Positions 18,460-28,713 of a stretch of DNA of 64,000 nucleotides are shown one piece after another. Position numbers and translations under genes: made by a program. Where the stretch lies: contig MFNS01000001.1 in NCBI GenBank assembly GCA_001783805.1, forward strand, positions 649-64,648, given 5' to 3'. The notes below the pieces were generated by a model. The model was not told the DNA's origin, ran no database searches, and saw nothing but the letters and a program-made list of their open reading frames with translations. The DNA is from Candidatus Levybacteria bacterium RIFCSPHIGHO2_01_FULL_40_16. Its GTDB lineage: Bacteria; Patescibacteriota; Microgenomatia; Levybacterales; UBA12049. Every line of letters begins with the position of its first letter. Position 1 is the first letter of the stretch.

Positions 18460-19974
18460 ATGGATTTCTTCAGAAAACATAAATTTGAGATTATTATTTT
18501 ATCAGCCTTAGCATTAACATATTTTGTCTCCCGTTTCTTTAGCATTTTATCTTTGCCAATTTTTACCGATGAGGCAATTTATGTCCGTTGGGCGCAAATT
18601 GCCAAACAGGATGCCAACTGGCGTTTTATTTCTTTAACGGACGGAAAACAGCCAATGCTTATCTGGTTAATGATGGTTTCCCTACGTATCATTGCGGATC
18701 CTTTATTGGCAGGAAGAATCGTTTCTGTGGGAGCAGGTTTTTTAACCTTAATAGGAATATATTTTTTGGGGAGAGAAGTTTTTAAAAGCAATAAGATCGG
18801 ATTGATCTCATGCGCTTTATATGTAATTTTTCCAATGGCTTTAGTTTATGACAGGATGGCCCTCTACGACAGTCTTGTCGGAACATTTGCAGTTTGGGCT
18901 TTATTATTAATTGTTCTTTTGGTTCGAAAAGTTCGAATGGATATTGCCCTTATTTTGGGAATGGTGATTGGAGGAGGAGCGCTTACTAAAACAAACGCAT
19001 TCTTCAGTATTTATCTACTGCCATTTTCTCTGCTGCTTTTCGATTGGAGCAAGAAAACGGCAAGAAGCAGATTATTGAGATGGGTTGGCTTGTGTCTTAT
19101 TTCGGTTATGCTTACTTATGGTATTTATTCAGTTCTAAGGTTATCTCCCTTTTTTCATATAATAGATGAAAAAAATGCAATTTTCGTATATCCTTTTAAG
19201 GAATGGCTGAATCATCCTTTTGAGTTTTTCATCGGCAATATGCGGGCATTCCTAGACTGGATTAGCAGGTATTTAACATGGCCGCTTTTGAGTATTGCTT
19301 TCTTATCTTTCTTTCTTTCGAAAACCTTTACGCGAGAAAAGATTACACTTCTTCTTTGGTTTATTCTTCCAATTATTGCTTTAGGATTTTTTGGAAGAAC
19401 TTTATATCCCCGTTTTATTTTCTTCATGATTCTTCCTCTGCTTTCCCTAATTGCATATTCTTTAGAAAATATTTATTTAAGATTTAATAAAACCTATCTG
19501 TTTGTTATTTTTTGTTTCTTGTTTTTCTTTTTAGCTTTTAAAACCGATTATCTGATTCTGACTGACTTTACCAAAGCAAATATTCCCGGCTCCGACATAA
19601 ATCAGTATCTGGCCAGCTGGCCGGCAGGAGGAGGCATAAAAGAGTCGGTTGAATTTTTTGAAAGGGAAGCAAAAAAAGGAAAGATATATATTGCCACAGA
19701 GGGCACTTTTGGGTTAATGCCCTACGCATATGAAATATATCTTGTTAATAATCCCAATATTAAAATTGAAGGATACTGGCCGATAGGAGACGTTCTGCCG
19801 GCAAAAGTAACTGAAGAAAGTAAAAAAATTCCGACTTATTTTGTCTTTTATCAGTCATGCGACAGTTGTATTGGGACCGAAGCCCCAAGAACATGGCCGT
19901 TAACACAAGTTTTGAAAATAAAAAAGGGAGAAGACGGATCCTATCTCACGGTATATAAAGTCAATAAGATTTAA
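18460..19974 (+). CDS. PMT/ArnT-family (GT39/GT83-like) GT-C glycosyltransferase
   Basis: First extracytoplasmic loop 'PIFTDEAIYVRWAQ' carrying the DE motif. >10 TM helices. C-terminal soluble domain. Confidence 0.7.
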   Translation: MDFFRKHKFEIIILSALALTYFVSRFFSILSLPIFTDEAIYVRWAQIAKQDANWRFISLTDGKQPMLIWLMMVSLRIIADPLLAGRIVSVGAGFLTLIGIYFLGREVFKSNKIGLISCALYVIFPMALVYDRMALYDSLVGTFAVWALLLIVLLVRKVRMDIALILGMVIGGGALTKTNAFFSIYLLPFSLLLFDWSKKTARSRLLRWVGLCLISVMLTYGIYSVLRLSPFFHIIDEKNAIFVYPFKEWLNHPFEFFIGNMRAFLDWISRYLTWPLLSIAFLSFFLSKTFTREKITLLLWFILPIIALGFFGRTLYPRFIFFMILPLLSLIAYSLENIYLRFNKTYLFVIFCFLFFFLAFKTDYLILTDFTKANIPGSDINQYLASWPAGGGIKESVEFFEREAKKGKIYIATEGTFGLMPYAYEIYLVNNPNIKIEGYWPIGDVLPAKVTEESKKIPTYFVFYQSCDSCIGTEAPRTWPLTQVLKIKKGEDGSYLTVYKVNKI

Positions 19975-20595
19975 AACCGTTGCATACTCCTTTATTACGG
20001 TAACATTGAACCAATTTTTATTTTCCACCAGAAGCTTATCCTTCTCTCCATAATCAAAATAACCATTCGCTATTCTCATTTTGCTGTTATCCATCAGGAA
20101 AATTATTTTTATAGTTTTTGAGTCTTCCCGATAGATCAAACTATTTTTATCTGCGAATATAAAATTTTCTTTGGAAAATTGTTTGAGATCTACTATTTTA
20201 TTTAAATCTGATTCCGTTGTTAGAATATCCAGACTATTAGCCAGAGGAGAGGAGAAAACCAAAAAGGTCAAGCTGAGCTGTTTTTCGTCGTATTTTATTC
20301 CTATTTTCTCATTTGACTGCTGAACTGAAGATTTTTCAATTCCTGTCCTTGAAAAGATAAAATATCCGGGTGAGTAAAATTCTCTGAATTGCCAATATTC
20401 TTGCGGATCAATGGATCCTCTCTGCTTGGTAGCGTTGATAAACTCGTTTAGAATAGCCTGCCTTTTGAAAGGGAAGACTTGGCTGGATATTTTTGGAGAA
20501 AGGAAAGTAAACAAGCTGATGATAGTAATTAAAATTAGGGCAAAGAAGGATAGATCGCTTCTAATAAGCCTTAAAATGCTTTGAGTTTTGCTCAT
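19900..20595 (-). CDS. Hypothetical protein with N-terminal TM anchor, antisense within the plus-strand cluster
   Basis: 231-aa ORF. Overlaps the 3' end of the 18460 gene by 75 nt and the 20581 start by 15 nt. No homology clues. Confidence 0.35.
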   Translation of the reverse strand: MSKTQSILRLIRSDLSFFALILITIISLFTFLSPKISSQVFPFKRQAILNEFINATKQRGSIDPQEYWQFREFYSPGYFIFSRTGIEKSSVQQSNEKIGIKYDEKQLSLTFLVFSSPLANSLDILTTESDLNKIVDLKQFSKENFIFADKNSLIYREDSKTIKIIFLMDNSKMRIANGYFDYGEKDKLLVENKNWFNVTVIKEYATVLNLIDFIYREIGSVFSLFYFQNLC

Positions 20596-22302
20596 GCTTA
20601 CATTATAATAAATTTACTTGTTTTAATGAAATTAGTTAAATTGGACATTTTGCTCTGCATCTTGATATCAATTATATCATTATTTTTTGTTTTGGAATTA
20701 TTTATGTTTCCAGGTCGCCCGGCCACCTTCGACGCCGTTGTCCACATCTCGGTTATTGCTCAATTCTCGGAAATTATTAAGGCAGGGGAATTTCCTGTAA
20801 TTTGGATGAATAATTTCGCAAATTATGGAATCCCAGTAGGCCGTTTTACCCATCAAACCACAAATTATTTGGGAGGACTGATAACTCTTTTCATCCATGA
20901 TCCTGTCCTAGTTTTTAATTTGCTTACGTTTGCTGAAGTTTTTCTTACCAATATTCTCCTTTACCTTTTTTTGCGGCTTTACTTTTCTCCCTTAGCCTCA
21001 TTTCTCGGGATATTTATTTTTTGCTTTACTCCTTATCGCATTCTTAATGTTTATACTAGGGGTGCATTGCCAGACGTTTTTGCTGGCATATTTTTACCGT
21101 TAATACTAGTTGTTCTTTATTTGCTGATTGTTAAGAAAAAGCTTTATGCTTTTTTCCTGCTTACCCTGTTTATTGTGGGGCTTACCCTAACTCATCCCAT
21201 GATGCTTGTTGTCTTTTCCTCGCTCTTTGTTCCCTATTTAATCTACCTTTTAATCGTTTCAAATTTATCAATAAAATCAAGGATTAAGATATTTGTTGCG
21301 TCTACTTTCTTCATGCTGCTGGGTCTTTTAATTTGCTCCTATTACGCTGTACCTTTGAATTTGGAAATTAAGTACTTTTATTTTGGGTTGGAAGATAGTC
21401 ATCAAATGGCAAATAGCTACTTAACATTTATGAATTTTTTCAGCACAAAATGGTATTACTTTACAAATACTGAAGTCTTCACAAGGGGACACATAATATT
21501 GTTTGGATTGATAGAAACAGTAACCTTGATACTGGGTTTTGTGTATTTTTTATACAAAAAAATTGTCAAAAAGAACAAAGAGAATATGCAGATTCTTACA
21601 TTTTGTTTAATAGTGGCTGCGTTAATGATCTATTTTACTACACAATATGCAGATATATTTTTTCAAAAATTGTTTTTCTTAAACAACATTCAATTTCCTT
21701 GGCGCTTTTTGTCTGTCTTAATCTTTATACCGGCTATTGTGGCAGCATTTTTATATGACAGATTCCCAAAGAGAATAATTTTTGTTGTAGTAATTATGGT
21801 TGTTGCTTACTTTTCATTCCCCCAAATTTATGGGAAAAATTACACTATGTATCCAATCCAATCATACTTTATTACCAAGGAAAATGTGCATTCTGTAGAA
21901 ATGAATACAATCTGGACCGGTAAGAGCGAAGACTATCCGGATAAAGATAAGCAAGGCGAAATCATTGAGGGCACGGGAAAGATTGTTAACCAAACGCTTA
22001 GGAATTCTTCTCGAAATTACCAGGTAGCTGCAACGACTCCGCTGCGAATGGTTGACCGCACTTTTTATTTCCCGGGATGGAACGTTTATATAGACAATGT
22101 TAAGACAAATATTGAATTCCAGGACCCCAATTACCGCGGGGTAATTACGTATCGTGTTCCCGCCGGATTCCACGCGGTTAAAGTTGTTTTTGAAAATACA
22201 AAGGTTAGATCAATTGCGAATGGCATGAGTATTTTGTTTTTGTTCATAACAATAGCCCTTTTTGTAAGAAGAAAGTGTATTGGAAAATATATTTTTGGGT
22301 AG
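20581..22302 (+). CDS. YfhO-like GT-C membrane glycosyltransferase family protein
   Basis: N-terminal loop 'FMFPGRPATFDAVVH...GEFPVIWMNNFANYG', paralogous to the 25641 and 27268 genes. C-terminal 'FYFPGWNVYIDNV...' beta-domain shared with 25641 and 34939. Confidence 0.55.
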   Translation: MSFAHAYIIINLLVLMKLVKLDILLCILISIISLFFVLELFMFPGRPATFDAVVHISVIAQFSEIIKAGEFPVIWMNNFANYGIPVGRFTHQTTNYLGGLITLFIHDPVLVFNLLTFAEVFLTNILLYLFLRLYFSPLASFLGIFIFCFTPYRILNVYTRGALPDVFAGIFLPLILVVLYLLIVKKKLYAFFLLTLFIVGLTLTHPMMLVVFSSLFVPYLIYLLIVSNLSIKSRIKIFVASTFFMLLGLLICSYYAVPLNLEIKYFYFGLEDSHQMANSYLTFMNFFSTKWYYFTNTEVFTRGHIILFGLIETVTLILGFVYFLYKKIVKKNKENMQILTFCLIVAALMIYFTTQYADIFFQKLFFLNNIQFPWRFLSVLIFIPAIVAAFLYDRFPKRIIFVVVIMVVAYFSFPQIYGKNYTMYPIQSYFITKENVHSVEMNTIWTGKSEDYPDKDKQGEIIEGTGKIVNQTLRNSSRNYQVAATTPLRMVDRTFYFPGWNVYIDNVKTNIEFQDPNYRGVITYRVPAGFHAVKVVFENTKVRSIANGMSILFLFITIALFVRRKCIGKYIFG

Positions 22303-23987
22303 AGGATTTGGTAAGATATATAGAGCGAATTATGTTTAAAAATAAAAATTTAATTACTTATCTTTTGTTGATTTTTGTTTTTATGCTCGCGGCTTTTCTT
22401 CGTTTTTATAATTTGAGCTCTTTTCCCGTTGGATTTCATCAAGACGAAGCTTCCCTTGGCTATAACGGTTATTCTTTAATGCTAACCGGTAAGGATGACA
22501 ATAGCAACAAATTTCCTCTTTACATAGATATGTTTGGGGATAATAGGCCTTCAGGTTACCACTATTTAACTATTCTGCCAATTAAGCTATTTGACTTAAA
22601 TGAATTTGCAACCAGGCTTCCCGGGGCGTTATTCGGCTCGATAACTATTTTTGCGATATATTTATTGACGTACGCAATTTTCAAAAATAAAAAATTAAGC
22701 TTGTTAAGCAGTTTATTTATTGCTATTTCCCCCTGGCATGTCTCCGTATCCAGGGCAAGTTCGGAAACTATTGTTGCTTTATTTTTTATAATTTTAGGAT
22801 TTTCTTTATTAATTTACAGTCTGCAAAATGAGAGATTGAAATATGTTCTCCTGGGGACAATTTCTTTGGGTTTAAGTTTTTTCTTTTACCATACTCCGCG
22901 GGTTTTTGCTCCTCTTCTTTATTTAGCGTTAATAATTTATTTATTTTCATTTGGCAGAGAAGTTGGTAAGCGTTTAAAAAATAGCTTTATTTTATCTTTT
23001 CTATTCTTATCAATTTTCGCTTTAGTTTTAATTTTTGCAATAAAAGGAGGAACGGGCCGTTTCAGCCAGGTGAATATTTTCGGTTTTCCGGAAACAAAAT
23101 TAATAATGGAGGAACAGATAAAAGAAGATGGAGTTGCGAGAACAAACATTCCAACTACCCGCTTATTCCATAATAAAATTATTAATTATTCATTTTCTTT
23201 TCTCTCAAATTATTTTGATTATTTTACAGGACAATTTTTATTTATGAAAGGCGGTTTGCCAATTTGGTACCGGGTTCCGGGAATGGGACTTGTTTATCTG
23301 ATAGAGTTTCCTTTTATTGTGATTGGCGCAATTCTTCTGGTAATAAATAAAAATAAGCTGTATAAAATTCCGATAATCTGGATTCTGATTGCTCCTGTAG
23401 TAACGTCAATAACCATGGATGATATTCCCAATCTGCAAAGAACAATAGTTATGCTTCCTGCCATAGAAATAATTGCAGCTTTTGGTTTATATAATTTCAT
23501 AAATTCAAGGCGGGGAATATTGAAACCGGTGGTGGCATCGATTTTAACAATATTATTTATATTTAATTTTGCTTATTTTCTGCATCAATATTTTATTCAT
23601 GCCAAATTACATAGGACCTGGTACAGAAATAACGGTTTTAAAGAAGTGATCAGAACCGTTTATAAAGATTATGCCGGTTATGACAGCATAATTATTACGA
23701 AAAGCGAGGGGGGAATTTACCCTCTGATACTTTTTTACACAAAATATGGCCCGGCGCTATATCAAAAAGAAGGTTCACCTAAGGATAGGGAGTATGCCGG
23801 ATTTGGTAAATTTTTCTTTGTACCGCAATCCTGTCCGTCTGTAGACAAGGACAATAGGTTTCCAAAAGGGAAATCTATTTATGTAGATAATGGGACGTGT
23901 CCGGATAATGCGGCGCTAGATAATAAAAAAGAAACTGTCATAAACAGAGAGGACGGAACAAGAGCCTTCAGGATCATTTATGATTAA
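22275..23987 (+). CDS. PMT/ArnT-family GT-C glycosyltransferase
   Basis: 'FHQDEASLGYNGYSLMLTGKDDNSNKFPLYIDMFGDNRPSGYHYL' DE-loop. Polytopic. C-terminal soluble domain. Confidence 0.75.
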   Translation: MYWKIYFWVEDLVRYIERIMFKNKNLITYLLLIFVFMLAAFLRFYNLSSFPVGFHQDEASLGYNGYSLMLTGKDDNSNKFPLYIDMFGDNRPSGYHYLTILPIKLFDLNEFATRLPGALFGSITIFAIYLLTYAIFKNKKLSLLSSLFIAISPWHVSVSRASSETIVALFFIILGFSLLIYSLQNERLKYVLLGTISLGLSFFFYHTPRVFAPLLYLALIIYLFSFGREVGKRLKNSFILSFLFLSIFALVLIFAIKGGTGRFSQVNIFGFPETKLIMEEQIKEDGVARTNIPTTRLFHNKIINYSFSFLSNYFDYFTGQFLFMKGGLPIWYRVPGMGLVYLIEFPFIVIGAILLVINKNKLYKIPIIWILIAPVVTSITMDDIPNLQRTIVMLPAIEIIAAFGLYNFINSRRGILKPVVASILTILFIFNFAYFLHQYFIHAKLHRTWYRNNGFKEVIRTVYKDYAGYDSIIITKSEGGIYPLILFYTKYGPALYQKEGSPKDREYAGFGKFFFVPQSCPSVDKDNRFPKGKSIYVDNGTCPDNAALDNKKETVINREDGTRAFRIIYD

Positions 23988-25644
23988 TTTTTTAAATAAG
24001 AAATTAAATGCTTATATTGTTTTAGCTGCAATAATCCTGATTGGAGTAATTCTGCGTTTTTATCAATTGGGCGAAAATCCTCCCAGTCTCGATTGGGATG
24101 AGGCAAGCATAGGGTACAATGCTTATTCGATTTTAAAAACAGGCGCAGATGAATACGGAAACCGTCTTCCCATAGCCTTCCGTTCTTTTGATGACTATAA
24201 ACCTCCGGTATATATTTACTTAACTGCTACTTCGGTTGCCTTATTTGGTTTAAGCGAATTTGCAGTACGGTTTCCGGCAGCGTTAATTGGGATTGCGGCG
24301 ATTGTGGTGGTTTATTTTCTTGTTAAAGAAATTTTATTGAATTGGGATAAAAATAAACGCGAGCTTATTGCTCTTACATCAGCTTTTTTTATGGCTATTT
24401 CACCGTGGCATTTGCAATTTTCCCGCGCTGCATTTGAAGGTAATGTGGGGATGTTTTTTCTAATTTTATCACTTCTATTTTTTTTCAAAGGCCTGAAGAA
24501 TAAGTATTTTTATCTTCCTTTTGCGTTCTCGTTTGTATTGAGTATATATTCCTATCACAGCTTTAAACTAATTAATCCAGTCTTACTATTAATCTTATTA
24601 AATCTTTTTAATAAACAATTAATTAAACAGAAAATCGCAGTTGTAATTTCGCTGATTATAATTGTGATTCTTTCGGCAGCTATTTATTTTAGTTTTTTTT
24701 CTTCCACAGGAGCCGGTGCAAGACTTTCAATGGTAACTGTTTTTTCAGATCCGGAATTACAAATGAAATCTGCAATAAATGTTGAGAATGCGAAAAAGAG
24801 CGATGATTTGATCGGGCAAATCATTAACAATAGAAGATTTATTTTTATTCCCTCGATAATTAAGGGTTATTTTGATCATTTTAATTTTGATTTCCTATTT
24901 GTACATGGGGATGGAGGAGTGCAACATCATGCGTATAATATGGGAATGCTCTATCTTTGGGATTTTCCGTTTGTAATATTGGGAATTATATTCTTACTCA
25001 AAAAAATTGACCGGAGGATTTTGTTGTTAATTATCTTATTTTTACTAGCGCCTATTCCTGCGGCAATTGCAACCGGCACTCCGCATCCTGTCCGGGCCAT
25101 CGCTATGATTCCCGGATTTCAAATTTTCTCCTCTGTTGGATTTATTTTAATTCTATCAATGATATTTCAAAAAAAATACAAACCGGTTGGGATAATTATT
25201 GTTTTTCTAATTATTGCTGCCTTAGCATTAAACATTAAATATTATTTAGAAAGTTATTACGTTACTACTCCAATTAAATATGGATATTTTTGGCAATATG
25301 GATACAAGGAAGCACTAGCTTATGCAAAAGAGAACGAAGGAAAGTTTAATAATATTATCATGACCTATGAATATGACCAGCCCTATATTTATTACCTTTT
25401 TTATAATAAAATAGATCCTGGCTGGTATCAAAAAAATTGGGACTATAATAAAAATGGAGCAATTGACAGATTCAAGCGAGTTATTGGAAAATATACATTT
25501 AGAAATATTGATTATTCTAAAGATGTCAATCTCCAAAAATCTCTTCTTATCGGCGCCCCCAAAGAAATACCGGATAATGCAAAAGTTGTAAAAACTATAG
25601 AATATTTAGATGGAAAGGTAGCCTTTAAAATCGTTAAGACATGA
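23980..25644 (+). CDS. PMT/ArnT-family GT-C glycosyltransferase
   Basis: 'LDWDEASIGYNAYSILKTGADEYGNRLPIAFRSFDDYKPPVYIYL' DE-loop. Polytopic. Confidence 0.75.
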   Translation: MINFLNKKLNAYIVLAAIILIGVILRFYQLGENPPSLDWDEASIGYNAYSILKTGADEYGNRLPIAFRSFDDYKPPVYIYLTATSVALFGLSEFAVRFPAALIGIAAIVVVYFLVKEILLNWDKNKRELIALTSAFFMAISPWHLQFSRAAFEGNVGMFFLILSLLFFFKGLKNKYFYLPFAFSFVLSIYSYHSFKLINPVLLLILLNLFNKQLIKQKIAVVISLIIIVILSAAIYFSFFSSTGAGARLSMVTVFSDPELQMKSAINVENAKKSDDLIGQIINNRRFIFIPSIIKGYFDHFNFDFLFVHGDGGVQHHAYNMGMLYLWDFPFVILGIIFLLKKIDRRILLLIILFLLAPIPAAIATGTPHPVRAIAMIPGFQIFSSVGFILILSMIFQKKYKPVGIIIVFLIIAALALNIKYYLESYYVTTPIKYGYFWQYGYKEALAYAKENEGKFNNIIMTYEYDQPYIYYLFYNKIDPGWYQKNWDYNKNGAIDRFKRVIGKYTFRNIDYSKDVNLQKSLLIGAPKEIPDNAKVVKTIEYLDGKVAFKIVKT

Positions 25645-27281
25645 AGAAAATATTAACAATATTGTTTTTTTCTTTTTGCATAAGCATTCCGGTTATTTTG
25701 CCGTTTTTCCATGCAGGTTTTTTCCCGACGCATGATGGGGAATGGGCGGTAGTTAGGCTTGGTGATATGTTCCGCACCCTTCGTGATTTGCAAATCCCGG
25801 CAAGATATAGCGGAAATTTAAATTTTGGATACGGGTATCCTTTGTTTAATTTTGCTTACCCCTTTCCTTATTATCTCGGGATTATCTTAAACCTTCTAGG
25901 CTTTGGATTTGTGAATACGATAAAAATACTTTTCGCGGGAAGCGTTGTTTTTTCGGCATTCTTTATGTTTCTTGCCTCAAGAGCATTATGGAAAAACAGT
26001 TGGGCAGGAATTGCTTCTTCGATATTTTATGTTTATTTTCCGTATCGCATGGTTGATTTATATGTCAGGGGTTCTATAGGAGAGTCTCTTTCATTTGTTT
26101 TATTTCCTTTAATGTTTTATCTTGCGATTAAGTTAATTAATAAGCCCTCGGTTTTACTAATTGGAGGCATTGGAATTTGCGTAGCATTCCTTATCATGAC
26201 GCATAACATAATGACAGTTCTTTTTCTGCCGCTTTATGCTGTATTTATGTTAATTCAAGCAGTTTTAAAAAATAAAACAGCAGTTAAAGATTTTTTTATA
26301 AGCATTCTTTTGGGTTTTGGTTTGTCCGCGTTTTTCTGGATTCCGGCACTTCTTGAAAAAAGCAATATTTTGCTTTCAAAAATTCCCATTGCGGATAGAA
26401 ATTTATATTTCGTGAAGCTTGAGCAATTTATCTTTCCAAGATGGGGATATGATATTCCGACAAGCATTAACGGATTTAGCTATCAACTTGGGTTAGCGCA
26501 TCTGGCAATATTGTTAATATTAGTTTTATTTTTAAGTTTAAATTTCATTAATAACAAGCAAAATTTAAAAGATTATTATGCAAAAAATGCGTTGTTGTTG
26601 ACCATATTTACGGCATTTTATATTTTCTTGCTTTTTAAACCTTCGGAATTATTGTGGAAGTTTACACCTTTATTGTCAGAGATTAATTATCCATGGATAG
26701 CGCTTGGCATATTGGGTTTTTTGCTAAGTTTATCGGCCGGGTTTTTGTGCAAAAGCACTCTTGGGAAGCATTCTACAGTTATTCTTGCAATAATTGGCGT
26801 GTTAATTGTCCTGCCTTATGCCAAGCCGGAGAAATATATTAATAATCCCGACAGTTATTACCTAACTAATGATGCAACGACGACTTCTTCTAATGAACTA
26901 ATGCCGTTATGGGTCAAGAAAATGCCCTTGCAACGATCGAAGAATAAAGTAGAAATAGTAAGCGGAAATGGGATCATTAAAAACATTTCTGCTAATTCAA
27001 AACAAATTAAATTCTCCGTTGATGCATTGTCGCAAAGCATAATTAGAGTGAATACGATCTATTTTCCCGGATGGAGCGCGTCTGTTGATGGGATTAATGT
27101 GCCCATTTCTTACGCAAATGAAAAGGGAGTAATGGATGTTTCCATTTCTTCAGGTAAACATCTTGTTCAGGCGAATTTTGGAGAAACTCCGCTAGGATTG
27201 GCAAGCGATATAATTTCCTTATTAAGTTTTTTTATACTTTTGTTATTGATAATAAGAAGGAATAGATATGCAATTTTTTAA
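25641..27281 (+). CDS. YfhO-like GT-C membrane protein
   Basis: 'FFPTHDGEWAVVRLGDMFRTLRDLQIPARYSGNLNFGYGYPLFNFAYPFPYY'. C-terminal 'IYFPGWSASVDG' domain followed by a terminal TM. Confidence 0.55.
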   Translation: MKKILTILFFSFCISIPVILPFFHAGFFPTHDGEWAVVRLGDMFRTLRDLQIPARYSGNLNFGYGYPLFNFAYPFPYYLGIILNLLGFGFVNTIKILFAGSVVFSAFFMFLASRALWKNSWAGIASSIFYVYFPYRMVDLYVRGSIGESLSFVLFPLMFYLAIKLINKPSVLLIGGIGICVAFLIMTHNIMTVLFLPLYAVFMLIQAVLKNKTAVKDFFISILLGFGLSAFFWIPALLEKSNILLSKIPIADRNLYFVKLEQFIFPRWGYDIPTSINGFSYQLGLAHLAILLILVLFLSLNFINNKQNLKDYYAKNALLLTIFTAFYIFLLFKPSELLWKFTPLLSEINYPWIALGILGFLLSLSAGFLCKSTLGKHSTVILAIIGVLIVLPYAKPEKYINNPDSYYLTNDATTTSSNELMPLWVKKMPLQRSKNKVEIVSGNGIIKNISANSKQIKFSVDALSQSIIRVNTIYFPGWSASVDGINVPISYANEKGVMDVSISSGKHLVQANFGETPLGLASDIISLLSFFILLLLIIRRNRYAIF

Positions 27282-28713
27282 AAAATATTACGGATTAGTT
27301 TTAATTTTGATTTTATCTTTCTGGGCGGTAAAGCCCTTCTTCGTTTCGGGTTTTTTTCCAATACATGATGATACGCAAATTGCTAGAGTTTTTGAGATGG
27401 GAAAAGTTCTTCAAAATGGCGTTTTTCCGGTACGCGTTGTTCCTGATTTGGGATACGGATACGGATATCCGATTTTTAATTTTTATGCTCCTCTGGCTTA
27501 CTATGTAGGCGCAGCCTTTATGTTCTTGGGATTTGATGCTCTTGTTGCCGCGAAAATAATGATGGCTCTAGGGATTATTTTGGCCGGTATTTTTATGTAC
27601 TTCTTAGCGAGAGAATTTTTTGGAGAATTTGGTGGTATAGCCTCAGGACTATTTTATCTCTATGCTCCTTATCACGCAGTCGATATTTATGTTCGAGGTG
27701 ATGTTGCAGAATTTTGGGCATACGCTTTTATTCCCCTGGCATTCCTGGGTTTTTATAAGAGAAATATACTTTTGGGAACAATAGGATTTGCAGGATTAAT
27801 TCTTTCGCATAATTTAACAGCAATGATGATCACTCCATTTCTGTTAATTGTTGTATTGCTAAATTGTTATATTGCTTTTAAGAATAAGAAATCATTTATC
27901 TTTAATCATCCATCATTAATCTTTATCTTGAGTCTGGCAATTTCTGCATTTTATTGGATTCCGGCACTTGCTGAAATGAAATATACCAATGTTCTTTCAC
28001 AAATTGGAGGAGGAGCCGATTTTCGCGATCACTTTGTTTGCATAGAACAACTTTGGAATAGTGTGTGGGGATTTGGAGGTTCGGTTGCAGGATGCATTGA
28101 TGGACTTTCTTTCAAAATAGGCAAACTTCACATTTTGGCGTCCATAGCAGCGTTTGTTCTGACACTCTGTGTTAATAAAATAAGAAAAAGTAAAAATGGG
28201 GAAATTATTTTTCTTTCTTTTTTGGGATTTTTTCTGTCAGTTTTTCTTACACTTGAAGTTTCAAAATCTATTTGGGAAGCAATTCCGGCGATGGCTTTTT
28301 TCCAATACCCATGGAGATTTTTAATACTTATATCTTTCTTTGCTTCTTTACTCGCAGGGTCTTTAATTTATTTATTAAAGCAAATTAAGATTAAACCTTA
28401 TTTAACCGCAACAGCATTGGTCTTTTTTCTCTTATTTTTTGATTTAAAACTTTTTGTTCCGCAAACTATTCTTTCAAAAACCGCAGAAAATTATACAAAT
28501 GAAATAACCCTTAAGTGGAATGTTTCAAAAATTTCAGATGAGTATCTTCCTCCTAACTTTAAAAAACCAAAGAACCCAAGCGAGGTACGCAAGGGACCTC
28601 CTATTATTGGTATTAAGGAAACAGATGTTGAAAAGGCTTCAAACGTAGTCTCTTTGGGCGGGCTATTAGCCTTGGTTCTTGGTATAATTCTTCTTAAGAA
28701 AGGATATGAATAA
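27268..28713 (+). CDS. YfhO-like paralog lacking the C-terminal beta-domain
   Basis: 'FFPIHDDTQIARVFEMGKVLQNGVFPVRVVPDLGYGYGYPIFNFYAPLAYY' aligns with the 25641 N-terminus. Ends after the TM core at 481 aa. Confidence 0.55.
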   Translation: MQFFKKYYGLVLILILSFWAVKPFFVSGFFPIHDDTQIARVFEMGKVLQNGVFPVRVVPDLGYGYGYPIFNFYAPLAYYVGAAFMFLGFDALVAAKIMMALGIILAGIFMYFLAREFFGEFGGIASGLFYLYAPYHAVDIYVRGDVAEFWAYAFIPLAFLGFYKRNILLGTIGFAGLILSHNLTAMMITPFLLIVVLLNCYIAFKNKKSFIFNHPSLIFILSLAISAFYWIPALAEMKYTNVLSQIGGGADFRDHFVCIEQLWNSVWGFGGSVAGCIDGLSFKIGKLHILASIAAFVLTLCVNKIRKSKNGEIIFLSFLGFFLSVFLTLEVSKSIWEAIPAMAFFQYPWRFLILISFFASLLAGSLIYLLKQIKIKPYLTATALVFFLLFFDLKLFVPQTILSKTAENYTNEITLKWNVSKISDEYLPPNFKKPKNPSEVRKGPPIIGIKETDVEKASNVVSLGGLLALVLGIILLKKGYE

